Assembly (NCBI GenBank): GCA_050613775.1
Contig: JBODTK010000119.1
Location: forward strand, 62,001 to 126,000
Length of the DNA: 64,000 nt
Reading direction: 5' to 3'
DNA from: Neocallimastix sp. 'constans'
Taxonomy: Eukaryota
The translations under genes were made by a program, and so were the position numbers. Below are positions 13,583 through 27,171 of the stretch, piece after piece. The notes below the pieces were generated by a model that made no database searches, was not told the origin of the DNA, and was given only the letters and a program-made list of their open reading frames with translations. The number at the start of each line of letters is the position of its first letter. Within the stretch, counting starts at the first letter, position 1.

Positions 13583-15032
13583 ATGAAATTGCTTAATATA
13601 TTCACAATATTTACTGCTTTTGTTGCTTTAGCAGTAGCAGCTAGTGATTATGAAATTACTTATTATGGTTGTCCAAAAGAATGTGATGCACAAAAAAAAC
13701 CAGCTTGTGATGGTAGTTTAAGTCTTGGTGAACATGAATACTTTGCTGCTTTAGTATGTTATTTAAATATATTAATTATTTTATTTTTTTTTTTATCAAG
13801 TAACAAAAACAAAAATATAAATAGTTAAATATGGAGTAATTTACTAATTTTTATATTTTATTTAAAAATATATATATATGTTATTTTATAATTATTTTAT
13901 AATAAAAACAAATATACTTTAATACTTTAATAATAATAATTTTTTTTTTTTTAAAAAAAAGAGTAACGATTTTAATTGGAAAAGTAATTGTTTCCAATAT
14001 GTAGTTTTAATGCCAACTAGTGGAAACAAAAAGATGGGTAAGATATTCATATAATTAATGAAAATAATATAATAGTTTTTTTTTTTTTTTTTTTAAAAAA
14101 AAATAAAATATATTAATTATATAAATATATGCATATATTAAATAACTAAAATATATAAACATAATCTCATAATTATAAATTTATAAATATATATATATTT
14201 GATGATATAATTAAATTAAATAAATAAAAAAAATAAAAAAGTCAAGGCTAAAATTGTTGATTCATGTGGTTCTTGTGATAAATACCACGTTGATTTATCT
14301 GTTACTGCTTTTGAAGCTGTTGAAGAAAAAAGTAAAGGTAAATCAAATATTATTTGGGCTATTTATTCAAAGTCTGGTGAAAAATTAGCTGGACCATATG
14401 AAAACAAAGCTAGTTCTGCAGCTAGTAAGTTAGGCTTTTCTTCTACTGATTCATTTCTTTCTGCTTTCGAAGCCAATGCTAAAAAGTTAGCTTCTAGTTC
14501 TAGTAGTACTAAAGAATTTGATGCTTCTGCTGGTAAAGTTACCACCACCACTACAACTACTACCACCACCACCACTACTACTACTACTCTTCAAATGACT
14601 TCTACTTCTGTTAGTGCTCTTCCATCTTTATTAGGTAATGTCACCATGACTAAGAATCTTCCAGTATCATCTGGTATTGCATCTAAACCAACTCAAGTTG
14701 CTACTCCAAATAACATGAAAAAAGAAAGTCCAAAAATTGTTGATGAAGCTGTTAAGGAGGAGGAAGATGAAGAAAATTCTGGTACCTCTATTAGTATCAT
14801 AACTGCCATTGGTGGTACTGCTCTAGGTGCTGCTGGTGTTGGTTTAGTTTTCATGAAGAAGAGAAATCCAAGTCAATATGAAGATTTAAAACAAAAATTC
14901 CCAGAAGCTTTCACTCAAGTTAAAAGAAACTTAACTCGTGGAGCCACTCAGCTTAAGAGAAAAATGACTAGAAAACCAGGAAAACCAGTTTCTATTTCAA
15001 CTCAAGAAGCTCTATCAATTTCTACACAATAA
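13583..15032 (+). CDS. Secreted/type-I membrane protein with RlpA-like double-psi beta-barrel (expansin/loosenin-like) domain; 3 exons 13583-13753, 13962-14037, 14242-15032
   Basis: Signal peptide MKLLNIFTIFTAFVALAVAA is followed by ITYYG..C, YFAALS and VKAKIVDSCGSCDKYHVDLSVTAF. A poly-Thr linker, a TM helix (IITAIGGTALGAAGVGLVFM) and a basic tail follow. The GT-AG introns keep frame. Confidence 0.85.
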
Positions 15033-15400
15033 ATTAATAAATTCCAAAATGAAATCAAAAAATAAAATATAGAAATATCTTATAAAACAAACAACTATAA
15101 TAATATAGTAATTAAACAATTATAATATATAAACAAAAAATTAAAAAGAAAAAAGCAGAAAGTATTTATCAAAAAAAAAAAAAAAAAAAAAATAATAATA
15201 ATAATTAAATTACTATTATAGAATTTAAATAATATACATATTCATAATTTATTTATAATACTTTATTTTTTTTCATAATCAATTAGATAATTAGATATTT
15301 TTATTAATATAATATATATATATATATATAAAAGAATGAGAATATATAAGTATTATAAATTTTATTAATTATTTTATATATATAGAATTAATTTTTCCTT

Positions 15401-15435
<35 letters not shown>

Positions 15436-15847
15436 TAATGGGAAAAAATTCAATAAAAATAAAAACAAAAAAATCGTATTCACATAATCAATGCAAAAAA
15501 GAAAAAAAAAAAAAAAATTAATAATTCGTATTTTTTTATAAAATAAAATCAATAATAAATTATATATATATATCATTTTTTTTTTTTTTTTATTTTTTTT
15601 ATTTTTTTTATTTTTTTATTTTTATTTTTATAAAAAGTATAAGCATTTATTTTTTTAATAATTTTAATTTTTTTCATTAATTATATTTTTTATGTTCTAT
15701 TTCTATTACTTCAAGAGATAATATTTCTTTTGTAATGTAATTTGATTTTAAATTATGAATGATAATTTTTTTTATAAAAAAAAAAAAAAGAAATAAAAAT
15801 AAATAAATATTTAAAGATATATAAGATTTTAATATAAATTAAAAATG

Positions 15848-15881
<34 letters not shown>

Positions 15882-17746
15882 AAATAAAAAAATTAATAAA
15901 ATTAAAAAGAATAAATAATTTTAACAATTTTTAAAAAATTATATTCATTAATTACTATTAGTTTGTTGAAGCAATTTCAATCTTTCATAAAACATAAAAT
16001 AAATAAACAAAAATAAAATAAAATAAAATAAAATAAAACAAATAAAAATCTTAACTTGTATAATAAAATTTTTTTATAAATAATAAAACGTGTAAATATT
16101 TAATTTTTCTTTTCTTAATAAATAAAATTTATATGTATAGGAATACTTTCTATATATAGTAATTGAAAGAATTTTAAATGTACATATTTTTAATTTTTTT
16201 TTTTTTTTTTATTTATACACAAAGAGAAAAAACAAACAAACAAACGAACAAAACAAAAAAAAGACAAAAAAAAAAAAAAAAAAAAAACATGTTTTATGTC
16301 AAAATATAAAATAATTATATGTTATGTATTTATTTATCTATTATTCACAAAAAAAAATTTTTTTTCTTTAGTTAATAATAATAATATAAAAAATACAAAG
16401 TCTATTTAATTTATTCAATTATTATTATAATTATTATCATATATAATCTTTTCTTTTTCTATTTCTATTTCTGTTTTTTTTTTTTTTTTTTTTTTTTTTT
16501 AATCATGGTTTAATAATTTGATAATGTATATATATATATAAATAATAATATATATAACTTTCATAGAAAATTTTTGTACAATTATTAAAAAATTCATATA
16601 AGAGAAGAAATAAAAAAAAAAAAAAAAAGATAAGAAAAATAGTAATAATTAAACTTTATATAGTTGATTTCCTAAATTTATTATATTAATATGTTTTTAT
16701 TAGATTATTAAATCGAAGATAAACATAAATTAATAAATGATATAGAAACCATAAATTTTATTTTTAAATATTATATAATAATTAAATAATTATTTTTTTA
16801 TAATATATTACTTTCGATTATGTTATATTTTATAATATTAAGTTAGAAAATAAAAAGTAAAATATTTTGAAAAAAAATATAAAAAAAAGGGAAGCAAATA
16901 TTTTTTTAAATTAATTTTTTTTTTTTTTTTTTATTAAATGAATCACGAAAAAATTTGTATATTTTTTTTAACTAAAACCAATAATATTTAAGTTTTGTAC
17001 AAAAATTGTTTAATATATATTAATATTTAATAAAAATAATTATAAATAAATATTTATAATATTATGATATGAAATAGAAATAAAAACTCTAATTAATAAT
17101 AAATTTATGTTAATTAAGAAATGTAGTAAAATCATAAATTTATGTATTAATCTAGTTTTTATAGTTTTTATTGTATTTCTTATTAGAAATTAATTTATAT
17201 ATTTTTATTATTTAATTTAAACATAAATGAAAGTAAATTAATAATTATACTTTAATATAGGAAAACTTTATTATAGTAAATAATTATAAAAGAGAAAAAT
17301 ATTTAGAAATAGTTTTATTTCTTTGTCCAAGAATAAGAAATAGTAGATTAGTGTAATTCTTGAGATCAAAATATGAAAATAAATATTAAATGTTAAGAAT
17401 AAATGTTAGTTTATAATTTTTAATAATGATAAGTAAATGTAATTCTTCTAAATAAATAAAATTTAAATAAAAATTATTTTTATAAAACATAAATTATATC
17501 CCCCAAATAAAGAATAAACCTTAAAAGAGCCGAACCTGAACTTCGTACTTTATCAATTATAAATAATTAATAATTATATCTTTTAATATATGTTAATATA
17601 TATAACAAGTTACACAATATTTGCAACTTTTTTTATGTAATTCTTTAAAAATAAAGTAAATTATATGTAATAAATTTAATAAATATAATTAAATGTCCAA
17701 GATTTTTATATTAATATTATTTAAGTTAATTATTTTTTATGCTATA

Positions 17747-17793
<47 letters not shown>

Positions 17794-19249
17794 AATGTTA
17801 CCTTATTAATATAAAGTTATATTCCAGCTTAAGCCTAATAATAAAATATTAAATTACTTTAAATTATATTAAATATATTGTAAATATTTAATATAAATAA
17901 AATGTAACTATAACAAGCCACAAATATACATAAAATATGTAATCTGGTTTGTATTTTAAATAATAAATTTATATTAATTAATGAACAATCTTTTATTGAT
18001 TAAGAGTCTTATGTGAAAGTGACTAACATCGTTGAATGTTTCGCTTACAAGGATTCCAATTCCAAAATATGAAAAAAGTTACTTACTGACATTTTGAAAG
18101 GTAAATGCTTAAAACATTACCAAAAGAATTACAAATTGCATTCTTACCAGAAATTCTAATGTATGAATGAACAAGGAATAATCAAGCCACATATACACAA
18201 TTTCCAAAGAAAAAAATAATAATAATAAATATTGCCACATTTGTAGATACCAAAGTCACTTAATTAACGAGTGTCATTATAACCCTAAAAACGAATATAA
18301 TTATGAAAATTTAAATAACATGATTAACAATAGTCTAGATAAGGCTGGATTTTTAAATATCTTTAATAAATAATTTTAATAATAATAAAAATTTCTATAA
18401 TAATAATAGTAATCGTAATAATTATATAAATAATAATAATAATTTTTTTTTTTAAAATCTTAATTATGATATTAATTATCTAGATAATATTAATAATATT
18501 TATAATTATACATAATTATGACAATATTAATAATTGCATAAGTCCAAATGACAATAACAAATCAACTTAGATATATGATTCTGGTGCAATTGTACACAAT
18601 TACTATTACTAAGGATAGAAGTTTATTGACAAATTAAAAAAATACATAATCAAATTAACTTATTCTAACAATTCTGAAATGGAAATTTGAAGGATTTGAT
18701 ACGTATAAAGGCTCTATTAACAGTTATAACATTACCTTAAATGAAGTATTCTATTCAAAACATACTAATAAAAAATTTGATCAGTAGAATTCAATTATAC
18801 TAATACCGAATTAATTTCAATCACTAAACTAATTGATAATGAACCACACCTCATCATTACAAACAATGATGATAATCTTACTAATACTTATAAATCAATT
18901 AATAGAGGCAATACATTTAGAATTAAAATAAATAATAAATAATAAACATAATAATTTAATTTTGAATATTTAAGAACAATAATCTTAGGCATAGAAGAAT
19001 TGATCATTTCTATCACAAAGATTTATCTAAATCTGTAAAATAACATACTACCAGCAATGTTAACAACAGCAATAATAATAACAATAATGACAATAATTAT
19101 TTTATTTCTGATGATAATAATATCATTAGTATTCCTGATAATCACCCTAATAATAATAATAATATTCCTGATAATAATAATAATTTTTCTGATGTTAATA
19201 AAAATATCCTTAGCAATAATTTAAATATTGATAATCATAATATTTCAGA

Positions 19250-19495
19250 TCTATTTATCTATTAATTTATTGACTTCATTTAAAATAGTCTTTTAATATT
19301 TAAGTCGGTTAGTTGTTGGAGTTGTTGGATCATATTCGTCTTGATCATTCCATCCATCACGAGCCATACCGTATTCCTCAAAAATTAACGGCTTATTAAT
19401 TTTAAGTGTCCATCCAGCGGTTTCTTCTAAATGATTAATACAGTAATCATTAGTATTTTGTAAATTAGCATCAGTACCATTCTTTGGATCCAAAT
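19250..19495 (-). pseudogene. Fragment of a GH5 endo-beta-1,4-mannanase-like gene
   Basis: DPKNGTDANLQNTNDYCINHLEETAGWTLKINKPLIFEEYGMARDGW...PTTNRLKY*KTILNEVNKL. KPLIFEEYG matches the nucleophile-bearing motif of GH5 mannanases. No N- or C-terminal parts are found nearby. Confidence 0.75.
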
Positions 19496-19572
19496 ATTAA
19501 TAATAATTTTTCTAATCAAAATAATGAAAATTTTTTAATTAATAATAATTTGCTAAAAAAATGAACAAAATT

Positions 19573-19859
<287 letters not shown>

Positions 19860-21922
19860 TTTTTTATATGATAAAAATTTTTTCTTATAATAAAAATATT
19901 TCATTTAATAAAAATTTTCTAATAATAACAATTTTATTGTCTCAAAAAATCAAAATCAGTAGAAAAAAAATTTCTTATTCTTAAATTCAGAATTTAATCA
20001 AAATTTTGAAAATATTAATCAAAATTAAAATACCAATACACTAACCAACAAAATTTTTCAAATACCGAAAATTTTTCTGATTCAATTAATATTTTTAAGT
20101 ACAAAATACTAAATTCTTTGAAATAAAAAATTTATAATTTATGAAAATTTTAATTCGAAAATAATTTATAAAAATTTTATTAATAAAATTTTATACTTAA
20201 TAATTTAAATAATAAAATTATTATTTTTATTTTCATCTAAATATTACATTGTACATTATACTATATTATAAAATATAATTTTTTTTTATTTAATAGAATC
20301 ATGAAATGTTAATGTAAAATGTTACTAATAATGTAAGATTTTTATAATATAATAATTATAAATAACATGTAAATGACATATTCTTAAATGAATAGGTCTT
20401 TCATAATGTAAAGACAATAAAATAAATAAATAAACGTATAATAAAAATATAAATATCATTTCTGTTTTTAAGTGTTAATTTAACACAAATAATAATAATC
20501 TAAATATTAATAAAAATAATAAATGAAAATCTAATTTTCCAATAATAATAATATCATTAAGCATTTCAAACCTAATACTAATCATAATAATATTAATATT
20601 TAAGATAATATTAATCATTATAACTATAGTCATAATAATATTAGTTTTAATAATAGTAATTGTAACAATATTAATATCATTAATACTATTGAAACAGAAA
20701 ATGAAAAAGTACCAAAAACTTATCAGAAAGCCCTTAAATATGTATATACCAATGAACGGGGTTTTACCGTTCAAAAAGATCTCAAAAGAATTTACATGAT
20801 AATAATATTAAGACCTCTATTAAAGAACTACCTTGACGAAAACGATCAATTTCTTCAATATGGGTCTTTGTATATGAAAAGATGCAAATAATAAAATTAT
20901 TAGAAGAAAAGCCAATTTTGTTACAAAAGGTTTCCACCAAAGATATGGTATTGATTATAAGCTTACATAGAGTCCAACCTTAAATATTGATTGTATAAAA
21001 TTACTTCTTGCTTATGCTGTCAAACTTCAATACACTGTTCACCAATTAGATTTTAAATCAGCCTACAAAAATGCCGCTTTATACAAAAAAGAAATTTACA
21101 CTGATATTCCATAAAGTGATAAAAAACTTCGGTAATGACTATTGGGTGCTGAATAAGACATTGTACAGTCTTAAACTATCAGATCGCCAGTGGAATAAAT
21201 CCACTCCAGAATTTTTAATTAAAAGAAAATTTCAAAACTGATTAATACATAATCTTATATATGAATAAATAATAAAATTATAAAATAGTATTTTATCTAT
21301 TTAGATATAGAAATAATTAAATAATAAATGAATATATAGTGATAATGAAAATAAACAATAAATTTTGCAATATATAATTTGCAATCATAATCATAAATAA
21401 TATATTTTATATTTTATTAAGACTATAATTTCAATAACTATATAACTATTAATTATTATTATTAATATTATTATATAAATTAAAATATTTTTATTATATA
21501 TGCATTTTTTATTTTTAGAAAATAATTAAATATATTATTACTTTTTATGTTGTTTTATTTAAATATAATATCTAATAGAGTTATCTTTAAAGTATACAAA
21601 TCCTTTAAGTTGTTCTAAAGATGGAAAATTTATAGAACTGAAAATTTATATAACTTTAAATAAAATTTATAATATTACTTATTATATAAACCATTTTTAA
21701 AAATAAATAGATATAAATAGAAATATCAATAGTTATTATTTATTATTTATGTTATTTTAAATATCATATATTTTTTATAGTTTTTTTCCTTTTTTATTTA
21801 TTTATTTATGTATTTTTAGAGTATAATAGATAAAAGGTACATATTTTTATATAATATTATATAATATATGTTATCTAGAATATTATAAAAATAGTCTTAT
21901 TGACTCTAGATATGAGATATAG

Positions 21923-21967
<45 letters not shown>

Positions 21968-21979
21968 TTTTTGAATTCC

Positions 21980-22876
21980 AATGCTTTTTTATAGTACCAA
22001 ATACAATATTTAATATTTATATCAGGAAATATTTTTTCTGCTGCATTAAATATGCCTTTTTTAAAATCACAATGAAAAATTTTTTGGAGTAATTAGAGTA
22101 TTATTGATATTCTTATTAGTATTTTTTTTTTATATGTATCCAAATAACACCTCGTAAGTAACTTGTTCTTTATTTTTTAATATTAAAAAAAAAAAAAGTA
22201 GTATAAAAACTATATAAATCTTTAATATATGTTATTATAGTAATGAAAACACTAGATAACTAAATTAAGATGCAATATAAAAAGTACTATCTGCAAATAT
22301 ATCTTTATTATATTTCATGAATAATTTTGCTTGGAATGGGGATTGTAAGATTATTAAATTTGGATTTTTGAATATCATAAGATTCTCATTTCTTACTGTT
22401 TTATGATATTTTAATTTCAGGAATTTCATCAAACTTTGTTACATTAGAAGATAGTTGTTTATCTGTATTTGTTATTTAAGATTTAACTATTTTATATATT
22501 CAGGAAATATAAATATCATTTCTTGTGAAACTTTATTAAATATACGTTTAGGTCTTATGCCCAAAGGAATTGATCTTTTTCTAATTTCATCTTTAATTTT
22601 ATATTTTACTATTGCTATAGATACATCAAATTCTTTTTCAAGATTATTAGGCAAACTTTCATATTTTAAAATTTCCTTCTTATCGTTTAAAATAATGAAA
22701 GATGTGCATTTATTTAAAGTTATTATAATTCAGTACATATATACACTTTAGAATTATCTTTTTTTTTTTTTTTTTTTTTTTTTAAATGAAAAATTAAATT
22801 TATATTATTTGTAAATAATAATTTGTTCTTTTCCTCAATTAGTTTCACTTATTTCAATATTTATACTTTCTTCCAT
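21980..22876 (-). mobile_element. Second MULE transposase pseudogene, 3'-truncated, same family as 6094-7435
   Basis: Minus strand reads MEESINIEISETN*GKEQIII, QSPFQAKLFMKYNKDIFADSTFYIA and HCDF (~22062-22073), ending near the IWYY-like motif beside a poly-T run. Confidence 0.8.
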
Positions 22877-23441
22877 TTATAATAAAATATTTTAATTAAA
22901 TATTTAAATAAATATATTTAATTATATATGCAATACTTATAAAATAAAATATTTATTTTAAAGATTTTAAATTTTTAAAAAAAGAAAAAATAAATTTTAA
23001 AATATTTATATTTATTTATTATTTATATCAAATTATTTATTATTTATATTATAAAATATAATTATTTATTATAAATAAATTAATATAAATTATTCTGTCT
23101 TTTTTTTGTAACAAACATTTTATTTTGTAATAATTCATTTCAAAAATTGATTATAATTTATTTATTTATTTATATAATTGTATTAAAAAAATATTAAAAA
23201 ATTTATGGCGTCAAATTACATCAATATATACGCCACATCTTTCAGAAACACATCACATCCATTCTAAATCTCGTTTTATAATTTCTCATAAAAATATAAA
23301 AAATATATTTATTAAATTTGATAATTGAATAATAAAATAGAAATACAATATATATTCATATTTCTTTATTGCAATATAAATACTAATGTATGATGTATGT
23401 ATATGTAATAATTTTAAATCAAAATTAAAGAGTTAATACTC

Positions 23442-23890
23442 TTTTTTTTTTTTTTTTTTTTAGACTTTGATTAACGAGAGGGGAGGACAATATGGCCTCT
23501 GGTTTCTCCCTTAAACATATCAGAATCTCACTGGATTCTTTACCATACCGTTTCATGGTAAGCAAGGCTAATATGAAAGACATTTTCTATACCCCACTTT
23601 ATACGATGGGCTTCTTTTCAATAATCTCTTGAACCATCATCGAAAGAGGAACAACTACGCTAATCCTCTTACAAATCAGATAGTCTCTGCAGTAGTAATT
23701 ATACAATCTTGCAACATGAATGTTTAACCATGACAAGAGAACAACAACTTTATTTATAGAGAAAAAAGCCTTGGAAGGATGAAAATAGCTTCATATAAAT
23801 TAGTTGAAGGGTCGATCCAGAATCCTTGTGTGTGTTAGTCCTAATTATTAACTACCAGGATAAAATTGGAAAGACAAGTTAATACCATGA
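23442..23890 (-). mobile_element. Probable 5'-truncated retroposon 3' end with poly-A tail
   Basis: GC-richer island ending on the minus strand in a ~20-nt poly-A (23442-23461). TAETI* weakly resembles the ETIRH/ENVMRQ ends of the other LINE relics. Confidence 0.35.
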
Positions 23891-26800
23891 AAATAACTAT
23901 AATTTGTATTTTATAAATATATAGTATAATTTATAGTATTTGTCTTATTCTATAGAATAAAATAACAAATGTTTTTGTTATTATATTTTTTAAAAATTTA
24001 ACACAAAATCATTAGCATATGTATATATATATTTTATATATGTTTAGAAAGAATAAACTTTTTTAAAAAAAATTTATTCATTATATTAAATTTCTAAATT
24101 ACTTCTGTTGTTATCTTTTTTTAAAATTTTAATAATTTAAGGAGCAATCATTATAAATAACTTCTTAGAAGTATATAAATTTTCATTTAGTAAATATAAT
24201 TTTTCAAATCAATATTCTATTGTTTTAACAAAGGAAAATAATGTAAAGATTTGTAAATTTTTTAAATTAAAAGAAATATATCTATATTTAGAGTGTGAAA
24301 AGTAATAATACTTTAGTTTCATTAAAGTTTTAAAAAAAGGGTAAAACAGAAATAATTTAGTAATATAATGTAATGAATGAATTTTTATTTTTTTTTATGG
24401 TTTATAATTTATATATAATTCTCTTCCCTGTCTAAAAAAAAAAAAAAATAATTTATATATAAAATGTATATATATGATCTAATAATTAAAATTTAAAAAA
24501 TATGTAAATTAAATAATAGTATAATTATATATATGACTGTAAATAAAATTATTTACTTTATTATTAATATTAATAATAATATTTAACTATCAATATTTGC
24601 ATCGGTTTTTCTATATTAAAAAGTGATTATATATTATATTTACATTTTTACTACTATTTATTTATTTGTTATTGATATTGTTTACAATATATATTTTATT
24701 ATTTTATTATTATTATTTTATTATTATGGGTCTATACCCATAATAATAAAATAAAAATAATAGACATGGCTTTTGTTTTTTTGTAATATAAAAATTTTTA
24801 TTACATTTTAAAATTTACTAATAATTAATTAGGGTTCATGTGATTAAAAATTTAAGTGTTGAACTACATGAAAATTTTATTACTAATAGTTAATATATAA
24901 TTTTTTAATGTTAAAAATTAAAAATATGAACTATATAATTATATAAAATAATCTACAACAGTCTTGGTTCTTAAAGTATTAAATGTATATTCTAATATTA
25001 TATATATAAATAAAATAAAAATGAAAATTATATTAAATTCCATCTAATATATAATAAAATTATTATCTTATATTTAACTTGTATATGTAATGATGAAAAT
25101 ATTTCAAGTAATCGGTGCCTTAATTTTTTTTTTTTTCAAAGAGGTTGAATTTCTTTTCTTTAATTTATAAAAAAAAAAAAAAAAAAAATATTACTTATTA
25201 AGGTATTATTAAAATATAAATTGACATTTTATAATTAAAATGAAACATATATTGTTCTATGACCTTTTGAATAAATGTTTTTTTTTTTTTTTTTTTTTAA
25301 AAAAAATTTTAATTTTACAGAAAATTTTTAATTTAATTTTATTTAGATTGTCTTAAATGGTTGTACAAAATGGTATATGGCAAAGTTATTACAAATTTTA
25401 ATATTAATCATTCTTTCGTCATTAATTGCTAATAATTTTTTTATTTAAAAAAAAATAATAATAAAAATAAATTTCTATTATTTAGCAGTTAGCCTGATGT
25501 AATCAACAAATTTTGAAAATTATAATATAATTATTATTTCAAAAATATAAAATAAAATTTAGAATAGTAATAAATTAATAAATACTTATGTAATATATAA
25601 ATAAAAAATATGTAAAAGTAATATGAAATGTTGAAATTTTAATAAAATGATACAAATTATTATTTTATAATTATTTTATTATTATTCATTATTAATTTAA
25701 AATATTATATTTAAAAATTTATATTGATATTTAAATTTTGATAATAACATAAAAAGCGAATAAAAATAAATTAATTTTTTTATAAACTTTTTTTCATTTT
25801 TTCTAATTATTTATTATTTATTTACCACTTCTTTCTATTACATTCTATTAATTTAAATTGATAATATATTATTTATATATGATAATGTATATTAAGAATA
25901 TAGTATTCAAAATTAAAGATGGTTTTGATAATATAAAACATAATATATTATATTATACATCTGAATATAAGCATAACAAATAAATTAATAATTTTCAACC
26001 TGGATTATTAATAAATTAAAAATATGATATGATTTTTAAGATTTTTTAAAAATATAATCATAATATTCAAAAAGAAAAAATGTATATATACTTAATATAT
26101 ACTTAATATATATACTTTATATATATAAGATACTATGTAATATATTGATTTATATATTATCCATAAATTTTATAAAATATTTTTATTATAATATATTATC
26201 TTGAAAATAAATAATATTTAAAAAATAAAACTAAATTTATGAATATAAAAAAATTTTCTTTTTAATTATCATAATTTTTATGTATTAATAAATAAATATA
26301 TATATTTTTGAAATAAAAAGTTGAACTTTTTTTTTTTATTATTGTTTTATATAGATCAGTAAAAAAATTTGAAATTTTATTATTTTATTTAAAGAAAGTG
26401 GAGTAAAATTGCTGTAATTAAAAAAAAAAAAAGATAATAAAAAGTAAATAACTTAAAAAGAAAAATTAGTATTTTTTTTTTTTTAAAAAAAAAAGGTGAA
26501 ATCGGTATAAATATATCTTCAAAAGGAGTTTGTTTATTTTTTTTATATATTAGAAAGTATAGATTTAACAAAATTAATAATATAAAAATAAAGTAAAAGT
26601 ATTAAAATTAGTTTATTAAATTTATATTTATATATAAATTTTTTTCTTAAGAAAAAAAAAAAAAAAAAAAAAAAAAGTGAAAAAAATAAGAAAGATTATT
26701 TACTTGATTCGCCTAAAAATTAAAACTATAAAAATTGAAATAACATAATCAGATTTTTTTTATTAATATTAAAAAACAATCTAATAAATAAATAAATAAA

Positions 26801-27171
26801 TAAATAAATATATATATATATAAATATATAATATCAATTTGTATATTTAATTCTAAGTAAATAAATAAATAAAAAGCTGTTTTATGAATTATCAGTTATA
26901 TTTTTAATATTAATATTTTGAATTTCAAAAACATAAAACAGAAAATATAAATTTTAAGTTAGAAGCTTTTATTCATAATAATATTTAAGTATTTTTAGCA
27001 ATATATTACGAATTTTATCTAATTTTTTTTTCTTTTATATATATATATATTACAATTATTAAATATACAAATAAACTTTATAATAAACCAAAAATAATTT
27101 AAAGAATAATTACAAAAAATTATTAGTTAAGAAATTTTTATTCAAAAAAAGAAAATAATAACAATAATAAT

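Noticed and set aside
17300..17990. Candidate 5' LTR and primer-binding site of the copia relic
   Set aside because: No matching second LTR or clear PBS could be identified.
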